From contig JBJOKS010000052.1 of NCBI GenBank assembly GCA_046045965.1, positions 1 to 16,991 of the forward strand: 16,991 nt of DNA, written 5' to 3'. Positions within the stretch are counted from its first letter, which is position 1, and every line of letters begins with the position of its first letter. Below, piece by piece: positions 1 to 6,644 of the stretch. The position numbers were made by a program, and so were the translations under genes. The notes under the pieces were generated by a model, which had not been told where the DNA came from, did no database searches, and worked only from the letters and a program-made list of their open reading frames with translations. The stretch comes from Cyanobacteriota bacterium (lineage in GTDB: Bacteria > Cyanobacteriota > Cyanobacteriia > Cyanobacteriales > Nostocaceae).

Positions 1-16
1 TTTTTTGATCAAAGGC

Positions 17-46
17 TTGCTATTTTCTAGAACCTTGTGTTATTCT
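17..46 (+). promoter_or_regulatory. Putative sigma70-type promoter of tRNA-Pro
   Basis: TTGCTA (17-22), 18-nt spacer, extended TGn-TATTCT (38-46), about 90 nt upstream of the tRNA. Pattern match only. Confidence 0.35.
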
Positions 47-137
47 CGTAAGAGTGACTTAATTAAGTTTAGATTCACAAATTTGGAATAAATCCCCAAT
101 CCAAAACCTAAAATTGAGAATCTAAAAGTTAAGTTAA

Positions 138-211
138 CGGGGCGTAGCGCAGCTTGGTAGCGCGCCACTTTGGGGTAGTGGAGGTCGTGGGTTCGAATCC
201 CGCCGCTCCGA
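138..211 (+). tRNA. trnP: tRNA-Pro(GGG)
   Basis: Cloverleaf: acceptor CGGGGCG/CGCTCCG, D arm GCGC-AGCTTGGTA-GCGC, anticodon stem CCACT/AGTGG with loop TTGGGGT (GGG at 172-174), T arm GTGGG-TTCGAAT-CCCGC, discriminator A. CCA is not encoded. Confidence 0.97.
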
Positions 212-251
212 TTTTTAAAAAACCTTACAGTGTATAGCTTTCAAGGATAAC

Positions 252-386
252 TAGGTAGAAAGCAATAAACTCTCTTAAATTACTTTCTACCAATTTTCTA
301 CCAAAAGTAAATACTACTTAATGAAATAATTTGTAGTTAGTAAGTTTGTATTAGCTAGAAAATATAATCTACCAGTTTTCTACCAA
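252..386. repeat. TTTCTACCAA-type repeats (integrase arm-site-like) downstream of tRNA-Pro
   Basis: Direct copies at 284-293 and 295-304, and at 366-375 (AATCTACCAG) and 377-386; each pair has an 11-bp period. Inverted copy TAGGTAGAAA at 252-261. Confidence 0.6.
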
Positions 387-422
387 CAGTACACTTTTAC
401 TATATAGCGTATCTAAACTATT

Positions 423-529
423 TACAGCAGATTTCATGTAAGTGAAGTATACCACTAGCGGGCAAGATGCCCGCACCACAAGAGTTTTATTATTCATCTC
501 TGTACCTCATAAGATCGGTAAGTGCTGTA
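423..529. mobile_element. Small MITE-like element with TA-bounded inverted ends and an internal palindrome
   Basis: Ends TACAGCA (423-429) and TGCTGTA (523-529), weaker subterminal complementarity (TGAAGTATA / TGTACCTCA), internal hairpin GCGGGCAAGATGCCCGC (458-474). Confidence 0.55.
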
Positions 530-881
530 TATACTGATTTTAAGTGTTTAATATATACTTCTGGTGAAGTCAAGTTTATAAACCATGCAGTTACTAAACA
601 GCTAAATAGCTGCAAGTGGCTAAAATTAGATATTACATAAACTACATATAATCTGACTGTATATATATTTCATACTTAATATACCTTTTGATATACTTCA
701 TTTCTTACACTGTTTATCTGATTGAGGCTGCTAAACGCTTTATATCAAAATTAATAATTCTTATGGGTGTAAAGGAAACGGGACTCCTACTATATGATTT
801 AGCAAATACTATATTTGTTTAAAAAAAACAATTTAGTAAATATTTCTAAAATCACATAAATATGTGTAAAGGCACTTAAAT

Positions 882-1184
882 ATGGAAAGAAATGCAGCTT
901 ATGAGAAATTAGTAGGTGACATTAAGAAAAAATTGATATATCTAGAGGATGAAATTAACTCGATTCCAGATTTTCTGAATCCCAAGGATGTATTGAATAC
1001 GCTTATAAAAAATAACTTTAATCCTTTACAAATTATTCATTCATTTGATGAAAGATTCAAAGAATTATCAAGTGAAATAGATAAGCTGAGAGCAAAAGCA
1101 CAAAACGGTATTGATTACTATACTATAGGTTTTAAAAAAACAAGCTCACCTGCACAAGTCAATCAACAGAGCGAGAAATTATAA
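882..1184 (+). CDS. Hypothetical protein (100 aa, helical/coiled-coil-like)
   Basis: Open ATG-TAA frame in very AT-rich DNA; no family recognised. Confidence 0.55.
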   Translation: MERNAAYEKLVGDIKKKLIYLEDEINSIPDFLNPKDVLNTLIKNNFNPLQIIHSFDERFKELSSEIDKLRAKAQNGIDYYTIGFKKTSSPAQVNQQSEKL

Positions 1185-1251
1185 ATTAAATAAAACCTTA
1201 TTTTCTAGCCATAACTCAACCTACTGACTAACTCCTGAATAGTCCTAAAAT

Positions 1252-1478
1252 TTTCAATGTTGTTATTCGTTAAAGTTAATAACTTCAAGATGCAGATTAT
1301 TTATGATGATAATAATATCATTTTCTGGTATTCCTGCATCTGCTAATTTGGCTATTACCTCAGATAAATTAACTGTACTAATTGCAGCTTTACCAATAAA
1401 TTTTAACACTTCTTCGCTTCCAGGTTCTTGATTGAGTAAAGCTAAAATTGCCGAAGGATCGAAAACAACTTCACTCAT
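1252..1478 (-). pseudogene. vapC: Truncated PIN-domain (VapC) toxin
   Basis: N-terminal PIN motifs (VVFDPSAILALL, ISTVNLSEV), but the frame stops at 71 aa. After FNE the DNA reads TAA CAA CA TTG AAA, consistent with a degraded E-Q-A-L-K (nonsense change plus 1-nt deletion). The C-terminal acidic motifs are missing. Confidence 0.8.
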
Positions 1479-1713
1479 TTAAACTTTCCTCTCTCCGTTC
1501 CTGAATTAATTTTTCAGATAGTTTTATATTAGCTGGAATATATTTTCTAAAAATATCTTGGGCATTTTTTACAGAATTATGGAAATCATCACTTATTGGT
1601 TGATTGTCTAATACAATAACTGCTTTACATTTTCCTTTTGGAATGTCTACAGGAGAATTAACTAACAATTTTACGTCACTGGTTATAGTCACTGTTACAC
1701 CTAATGTAATCAT
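1471..1713 (-). CDS. Putative antitoxin of the downstream VapC
   Basis: About 80 aa ORF overlapping the PIN start by 8 nt (translational coupling); C-terminal LSEKLIQERREE motif resembles VapB-like partners. Alternative start at 1725. Confidence 0.7.
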   Translation of the reverse strand: MITLGVTVTITSDVKLLVNSPVDIPKGKCKAVIVLDNQPISDDFHNSVKNAQDIFRKYIPANIKLSEKLIQERREESLNE

Positions 1714-1743
1714 AATGAACCCCATTAGTTAATTAGTTTATTA

Positions 1744-1772
1744 ATTATATCATAAAATGTGAATTTTGTCAG
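1744..1772 (-). promoter_or_regulatory. Hybrid promoter: -35 from the repeat terminus, -10 from the cassette
   Basis: Minus strand reads CTGACA (1772-1767), 17 nt, then TGn-extended TATAAT (1749-1744). Confidence 0.6.
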
Positions 1773-2003
1773 AATCAGGATGTCCAGGATTTGAGGATGT
1801 ACAGGATGGTTTTTTAATCTTTATCTATATTTTCAGAAGTTGCATTTTATCTGAATCAGGATGTTCAGGATTTGAGGATGTACAGGATGGGTTTTTCATA
1901 TTCATCTACATTTTCATAAGTTGCGCTAATTCAAATATCCCAGAATATCAAAATCAAATATAATCCTGTTAATCCTTTAATCCAGGTTATCCTGATTCAG
2001 ACA
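1767..2003. repeat. Inverted-repeat (MITE-like) element, copy 1: 156-bp core 1848-2003 plus an 81-bp duplicated left segment
   Basis: Termini TGTC(A/T)GAATCAGGAT ... ATCCTGATTCAGACA; ~41-bp imperfect arms built from AGGAT/ATCCT units; near-identical to 2775-2930 and 3652-3887. Confidence 0.9.
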
Positions 2004-2067
2004 GTTAAACATATTATTAAAATAATAAAAAACGGTGCATTAAATAAAGTTGATTAACGCACCTTAA
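2004..2067 (-). terminator. Junction repeat J1: REP-like hairpin with U-tract
   Basis: GGTGCATTAA-N10-TTAACGCACC (2034-2063), followed on the minus strand by GTTTTTTATT; lies just after the 2072 stop codon. Confidence 0.7.
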
Positions 2068-2071
2068 AATA

Positions 2072-2239
2072 TCAGCGTGATTTTACCACTGTCTTCAAGG
2101 GAAGAGAGATAATTTTTCTGCCACTTGTTGCTTGTTGTTTTCTTAAATCAGCACAAATAGCGGCTAAATCATAATTAAATGACTTAGCTTGTTCATCTCT
2201 GATTTTCCGAATTTCTGCCAAAACTTCATCATTCAACAT
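2072..2239 (-). CDS. Small putative antitoxin/partner of the upstream PIN protein (55 aa, absent from the ORF track)
   Basis: Manual translation MLNDEVLAEIRKIRDEQAKSFNYDLAAICADLRKQQATSGRKIISLPLKTVVKSR*; the ATG is 3 nt after the PIN stop. Resembles the small proteins that follow this PIN subfamily (recognition from memory). Confidence 0.8.
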   Translation of the reverse strand: MLNDEVLAEIRKIRDEQAKSFNYDLAAICADLRKQQATSGRKIISLPLKTVVKSR

Positions 2240-2242
2240 AAA

Positions 2243-2716
2243 TTATTCTCCTAACATTTCATAAGGTGTACATATTGTTGGTAGTTCATACCCTAAACTA
2301 TCAGCAATTTGTGAGAGTTTTTTCTGAATATAGGGGTTAGCAATGTGTTTACAATTCCATGTTAACAGATAATCTAAACCATAGACGGTAGCTGTAGCAA
2401 TATGAACAGTATCATAAGCAGCAGTCGGTGGTAAATTACTTTGTTTTTGAAATTCCTGTGCTAAGTTTTGTACTGGTTCTGTGATATCAAGTAAAGAAAA
2501 GTTATTTAAAACTTCTAGTCTTTTGTTCACCATTTCTGGATCACCTTTTGCTACTTCTTGCAATACCAGTTGAGAAATGTAAATAGTAAAAGAATTTCTC
2601 TGAGTATCCCACCAGTCTCTTGTTAATTCCGCATTAGCAGCAACAATTAAATTTTTACTAGGTCTTGCTGTTAAATAACCAATAATACTTGTTTCTATGT
2701 ATATTGTTTTGGTCAT
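2243..2716 (-). CDS. PIN-domain nuclease (VapC-like toxin)
   Basis: IYIETSIIGYL N-terminal motif, ISQLVLQE, and DTVHIA...DYLLTWNCKHIAN C-terminal PIN motifs. Confidence 0.88.
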   Translation of the reverse strand: MTKTIYIETSIIGYLTARPSKNLIVAANAELTRDWWDTQRNSFTIYISQLVLQEVAKGDPEMVNKRLEVLNNFSLLDITEPVQNLAQEFQKQSNLPPTAAYDTVHIATATVYGLDYLLTWNCKHIANPYIQKKLSQIADSLGYELPTICTPYEMLGE

Positions 2717-2774
2717 ATTATTAAAGTGCGATTACTTTGCTAAATTTACTATACTGTATTTTGTTAATCTTTTT

Positions 2775-2930
2775 TGTCTGAATCAGGATATCCAGGATTT
2801 GAGGATGTACAGGATGGTTTTTTCATATTCATCTACATTTTCATAAGTTGCGCTAATTCAAACATCCCAGAATATCAAAATCAAATATTATCCTGTTAAT
2901 CCTTTAATCCTGGTTATCATGATTCAGACA
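2775..2930. repeat. Inverted-repeat (MITE-like) element, copy 2 (156-bp core only)
   Basis: TGTCTGAATCAGGAT ... ATCATGATTCAGACA; near-identical to 1848-2003 and 3732-3887. Confidence 0.9.
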
Positions 2931-2995
2931 GTTAAATTTTAATAAAAAACGGTGCATTAAATAAAGTTGATTAACGCACCCTACGAGATGAGCGA
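2931..2995 (-). terminator. Junction repeat J2: GTAG-REP-like hairpin with U-tract
   Basis: Minus strand TCGCTCATCTC-GTAG-GGTGCGTTAA-N10-TTAATGCACC-GTTTTTTATT, starting 1 nt after the vapC stop. Confidence 0.72.
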
Positions 2996-2996
2996 A

Positions 2997-3398
2997 CTAT
3001 TTCATCAAATAATTATTGAGTTCAGGATATTGAGAAAAGAAACCGTCAATACTGGCTAATTTTGCTTGATATTCTAATGTGGTAGCAATAATTAAACGAT
3101 CAAATGGATCTTTATGAACAGGAGATAAATTTACAGCACGACAGGAAATTTCTACAGTTACGGGAAATAATGTAATACCTGATGGTTCTAATGCTTCTTG
3201 AAACCATTGATTAGCACTACAAGGTAATTGTAGTCTTCCCTTGTGTTGTGCAAGTGCTATTTCATAACAGGAAATAACGGAAATTCCTACTTCTTCTGAT
3301 GTTTCAATAGCTTCTCTCCAATGGGTAGGAAATCTCTGAAATTCCTGATTAATAAACCAGAACCAGATATGAGTATCAAGGATAATTATTTGAGACAT
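2997..3398 (-). CDS. vapC: Type II TA VapC toxin (PIN domain)
   Basis: ILDTHIWFW, ISVISCYEI, HKDPFDRLIIAT and SID motifs intact; overlaps the upstream antitoxin. Alternative start at 3404. Confidence 0.92.
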   Translation of the reverse strand: MSQIIILDTHIWFWFINQEFQRFPTHWREAIETSEEVGISVISCYEIALAQHKGRLQLPCSANQWFQEALEPSGITLFPVTVEISCRAVNLSPVHKDPFDRLIIATTLEYQAKLASIDGFFSQYPELNNYLMK

Positions 3399-3595
3399 TC
3401 CCATTCTTCTTCATTGACAATAGGACTAACAATATCACCTAATGTTTTACCTTTACCAGCAATGGAACTAGGAGGAGTACGGCGTTTTTTTGCTGGTAAT
3501 TGGTGTTTGAGAAATTGAATAAAATCTAAAACTTCTTGTTGTTTATCTGCTGGTAATTCTCGTAAGTTTTCTAAAACTGCTTGTTCAATGGTCAT
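3386..3595 (-). CDS. DUF2281-like antitoxin
   Basis: LRELPADKQQEVLDFIQFL motif; C-terminal GDIVSP..EEEW; overlaps the vapC start. Confidence 0.85.
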   Translation of the reverse strand: MTIEQAVLENLRELPADKQQEVLDFIQFLKHQLPAKKRRTPPSSIAGKGKTLGDIVSPIVNEEEWECLK

Positions 3596-3651
3596 AGTTT
3601 TACTTTTACTTTTAGGAGTATAATGTAATTATATTATATATTATCACTTTT

Positions 3652-3887
3652 TGTCTGAATCAGGATGTCCAGGATTTGAGGATTTACAGGATGGTTTTTC
3701 ATATTCATCTATATTTTTAGAAGTTGCATTTTGTCTGAATCAGGATGTACAAGATTTGAGGATGTACAGGATGGTTTTTTAATATTCATCTACATTTTCA
3801 GAAATTGCGCTAATTCAAATATCCAAGAATATCAATATCAAATATTATCCTGTTAATCCTTTAATCCTGGTTATCCTGATTCAGACA
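3652..3887. repeat. Inverted-repeat (MITE-like) element, copy 3: 156-bp core 3732-3887 plus an 80-bp duplicated left segment
   Basis: TGTCTGAATCAGGAT at 3652 and 3732; ATCCTGATTCAGACA ending at 3887. Confidence 0.9.
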
Positions 3888-3948
3888 GTTAAATTTTAAT
3901 AAAAAACGGTGCATTACATTTCACTAACGCACGCTATAGGATGAGCGA
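3888..3948 (-). terminator. Junction repeat J3: REP-like hairpin with U-tract
   Basis: GTTAAATTTTAATAAAAAACGGTGCATTA-N8-TAACGCACG-CTATAGGATGAGCGA; ends 3 nt from the 3952 stop. Confidence 0.7.
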
Positions 3949-3951
3949 TAT

Positions 3952-4590
3952 TTATGTTGTCGGATAAATCAGAATTGTTATTCCATCTTTTTTGAATGTA
4001 GTTGAAAAACTATAATTATGATTTATTGCCACATCAATAAAGAAACCAGCAAAAACTCCAATACCAGCACCTATTAAAACACCTGGTATCAGTCCTATTC
4101 CTCCACCTATTAAACCAACTCCAGCCCCTACAGTAGCACCTGCAATAACACTTATCATAAACATTGGGGGGTTTGGTTGGCTGTACGCAACAGATGAAGC
4201 ACCAGCAGATAAAGCATCAGCCAGAGGAGCAAAAGCACCAACAGAAGGCGAATCTAAACCAGAACTTTCATCATCCTTTAGCTTTTTCTTATTGAAGAAA
4301 TCATTATCGTGGGTTGCTAAAATTTTCTTTAGTCCAAGTGGAATATAAGCGTATTTCTTGTAATTAGTCTTTACTTCAACATATTTACCTTCTTCTAGAG
4401 TAGATATAAGTTCATTATAAAATTTATCTGTGTCTTGAAATTCCAACACTTTTATATTTTTATCTATGCTCTGAACATTGGAAGTTTCAACTCTAGAAAT
4501 TGCTTGAACAGGTAAAGACAAAGAAAATGATAATAGTAATATCATCACTAATATCAGAATTTTGGAAGTGAATAAGTTTTTGAGTAACAT
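3952..4590 (-). CDS. Hypothetical exported protein with a C-terminal glycine-zipper hydrophobic region
   Basis: Signal-peptide-like N-terminus (KILILVMILLLSFSLSLPVQA); GATVGAGVGLIGGGIGLIPGVLIGAGIGVFAG GxxxG array. Confidence 0.75.
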   Translation of the reverse strand: MLLKNLFTSKILILVMILLLSFSLSLPVQAISRVETSNVQSIDKNIKVLEFQDTDKFYNELISTLEEGKYVEVKTNYKKYAYIPLGLKKILATHDNDFFNKKKLKDDESSGLDSPSVGAFAPLADALSAGASSVAYSQPNPPMFMISVIAGATVGAGVGLIGGGIGLIPGVLIGAGIGVFAGFFIDVAINHNYSFSTTFKKDGITILIYPTT

Positions 4591-4670
4591 CTTTTTAATC
4601 CCTCACGAATAGCCTGAAAATCTAATAATCATGCAAATGCTAAACTTAGAATTTTTATACACTAATTTGA

Positions 4671-4720
4671 GTTAAATATCAATAAAAAAAGGTGCGTTTA
4701 ATTTAATCAGCGCACCTTAT
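4671..4720 (-). terminator. Junction repeat J4 (without the 156-bp element)
   Basis: GTTAAATATCAATAAAAAAAGGTGCGTT-N10-AGCGCACCTTAT aligns with J1-J3 from GTTAAA onward. Confidence 0.7.
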
Positions 4721-4735
4721 CAAAAGATATAATGA

Positions 4736-5140
4736 TTACTTATTTTTTAACAATTGGACTAATATGTCATTACTTACACGCTCTTCATGTTTTTTGATCT
4801 GACGTGGAATGGTAAATAAATCTAAAAGCATCATTATTCCAAGTAATCCCAAAGGTAATAGCCCAACAGCTAGAACTATACTAGCATCCTCGGATGTAAT
4901 AGATGTATCGTATGCAGACGCAACGCCACCTAATTCTAAAAAGCATCCTGAGAACAAAAGAATAATATATAGAAGACCCATTATAGGTTTTCCGATGTAA
5001 AACTTGTGACCTCCTATACTTCCTAAAAAGAAATATAAAATGTACGCAATTGTAGTGCTTTTGCGTTTTCGGTCTAGCTCAGAATTGAATATAATTAACT
5101 CACGATCAGTCAAATTTTTTTGAGCTTGGATGCTATTCAT
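4736..5140 (-). CDS. TM2-domain membrane protein
   Basis: KRKSTTIAYILYFFLGSIGGHKFYIGK...GLLY motif and C-terminal DLFTIP, typical of TM2 proteins. Confidence 0.88.
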   Translation of the reverse strand: MNSIQAQKNLTDRELIIFNSELDRKRKSTTIAYILYFFLGSIGGHKFYIGKPIMGLLYIILLFSGCFLELGGVASAYDTSITSEDASIVLAVGLLPLGLLGIMMLLDLFTIPRQIKKHEERVSNDILVQLLKNK

Positions 5141-5194
5141 TTTTCCCGCCTTTAACTTATTCTATGTATAAATACTCTTACTTAGAGCAACTAT

Positions 5195-5237
5195 ACTATA
5201 CAAGAATTTTATTTACATGGCTGTGATTTGTATCACG
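5195..5237 (-). promoter_or_regulatory. Class II CRP-type promoter upstream of the TM2 gene
   Basis: Minus strand CGTGA-N6-TCACA (5237-5222), 21 nt, TATAGT (5200-5195); the site centre falls at -41.5 if +1 is about 5188. Confidence 0.6.
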
Positions 5238-5271
5238 TATTATAAATTCACTATATGGTACTTTTAAACGT

Positions 5272-5300
5272 TGTAGAGACGCACCCCAAACGCCTCTACA
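5272..5300. repeat. GTAG-type REP-like palindrome downstream of serS
   Basis: TGTAGAGACG-N9-CGCCTCTACA, 11 nt after the serS stop. Confidence 0.7.
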
Positions 5301-5311
5301 AAAACCCTATC

Positions 5312-6592
5312 CTACAAAACCTCCCTACCCAAATAAACCTGCAAAACCTCCGGCACTTTAATCGTCCCATCAGCTTGCTGATAATTCTCCAAAATAGCCG
5401 CCATAGTCCTTCCCACAGCTAAACCAGAACCATTTAAAGTATGTACAAATTGCGTCCCTTTCTTACCAGCTTCCTTAAACCGAATATCCGCCCTTCTTGC
5501 TTGAAAATCAACACAATTAGAACAACTAGAAATCTCTCGATATTTCCCAGAAGAAGGCAACCAAACCTCTAAATCATAAGTCTTAGTTGCCCCAAAACCT
5601 AAATCAGCAGTACATAAATTAATCACTCGATAAGGCAACTTTAAACCCTGTAAAATTGACTCTGCACTAGCGACTAACTTCTCCAATTCCTCAAAAGAAT
5701 TTTCCGGTTTTACTAACTTCACCAACTCCACTTTATTGAATTGATGCAACCGAATTAAACCCCGCATATCCCGTCCATAACTTCCCGCTTCTCGCCGAAA
5801 ACAAGGAGTATAAGCACAGTGATAAATCGGTAATTCTTCCGCGTTGATAATTTCCCCCCGATAAAAATTTGTAACGGGAACTTCCGCAGTAGGAATTAAC
5901 CACAATTCATCATCTGCACATTTAAAACTTTCTTCCGCAAACTTCGGTAATTGTCCAGTTCCCGTTAAAGAATCAGTATTAACTAACAACGGTGGACTAA
6001 CTTCAATATACCCATTTTCAATATGCTTAGAAAGCATAAATTGAATTAACGCCCTTTCTAAAGCAGCACCCGCACCTATCAAACTCACAAACCGACTTTG
6101 GGCAATTTTTACCGCTCTTTCAAAATTCAAAATACCCAACTTTTCCCCAATTTCCCAATGAGGTAAAATATTCGGGTTTTCCGGTTTATATTCATCTCCC
6201 CATCTTCTCACCTCTGGGTTATCATCTTCACTTGCACCGATGGGAGTAGTATCACTAGGAAGGTTAGGAAGTGCTAAAATTAAATCTTGAATTTGTGCTT
6301 TTAATTCTTTTTCCTGGGGTTCTAAATCGCTTAATGTGATTTTAATATTATTCCCCTCTTCCTTTAAAGCGAGAATTTCCTCACTTTGGGGACTAACACC
6401 CGATTTTATCTTTTGTCCTACCAGTTTACCAATTTCATTACTCCGCGCTTGTAAATCGTTGCGTTTTCCTTCCAGTTCCCGTTGTTTTTGACTTAAATCT
6501 AATATAGGTTGAATGTCATATTTACCACTGCGACTGTTCAACTTTTCTTGTACTAATTGGGGGTTTTCTCTAATTTGTTTAATATCCAGCAT
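5312..6592 (-). CDS. serS: Serine--tRNA ligase
   Basis: [11 protein letters not shown] start, coiled-coil arm, [63 protein letters not shown]. Confidence 0.99.
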   Translation of the reverse strand: MLDIKQIRENPQLVQEKLNSRSGKYDIQPILDLSQKQRELEGKRNDLQARSNEIGKLVGQKIKSGVSPQSEEILALKEEGNNIKITLSDLEPQEKELKAQIQDLILALPNLPSDTTPIGASEDDNPEVRRWGDEYKPENPNILPHWEIGEKLGILNFERAVKIAQSRFVSLIGAGAALERALIQFMLSKHIENGYIEVSPPLLVNTDSLTGTGQLPKFAEESFKCADDELWLIPTAEVPVTNFYRGEIINAEELPIYHCAYTPCFRREAGSYGRDMRGLIRLHQFNKVELVKLVKPENSFEELEKLVASAESILQGLKLPYRVINLCTADLGFGATKTYDLEVWLPSSGKYREISSCSNCVDFQARRADIRFKEAGKKGTQFVHTLNGSGLAVGRTMAAILENYQQADGTIKVPEVLQVYLGREVL

Positions 6593-6644
6593 TTTTCGTT
6601 GTCGTTAATTTTGTCAATTGTACTTGATGGAGGTGATTAAGCGT

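Noticed and set aside
1766..1963. 65-aa ORF MSESGCPGFEDVQD...
   Set aside because: Lies wholly in the repeat element; its internal duplication mirrors the 81-bp DNA duplication, and the equivalent frame is shifted in copy 3 (80-bp period).
3321..3518. Plus-strand 65-aa ORF
   Set aside because: Antisense shadow of the DUF2281/vapC pair.
1767..3948. CRISPR array
   Set aside because: Repeats are 50-300 bp and the intervening DNA is whole genes of 600-750 bp; no cas genes.
1767..4720. Canonical integron attC sites (GTTAAAY matches GTTRRRY)
   Set aside because: On the gene strand it gives an RYYYAAC box, but no matching GTTRRRY closes the far end of the palindrome, and there is no intI in the window. 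The array is integron-like in layout only.
4809..5000. Plus-strand 63-aa ORF
   Set aside because: Antisense to the TM2 gene.
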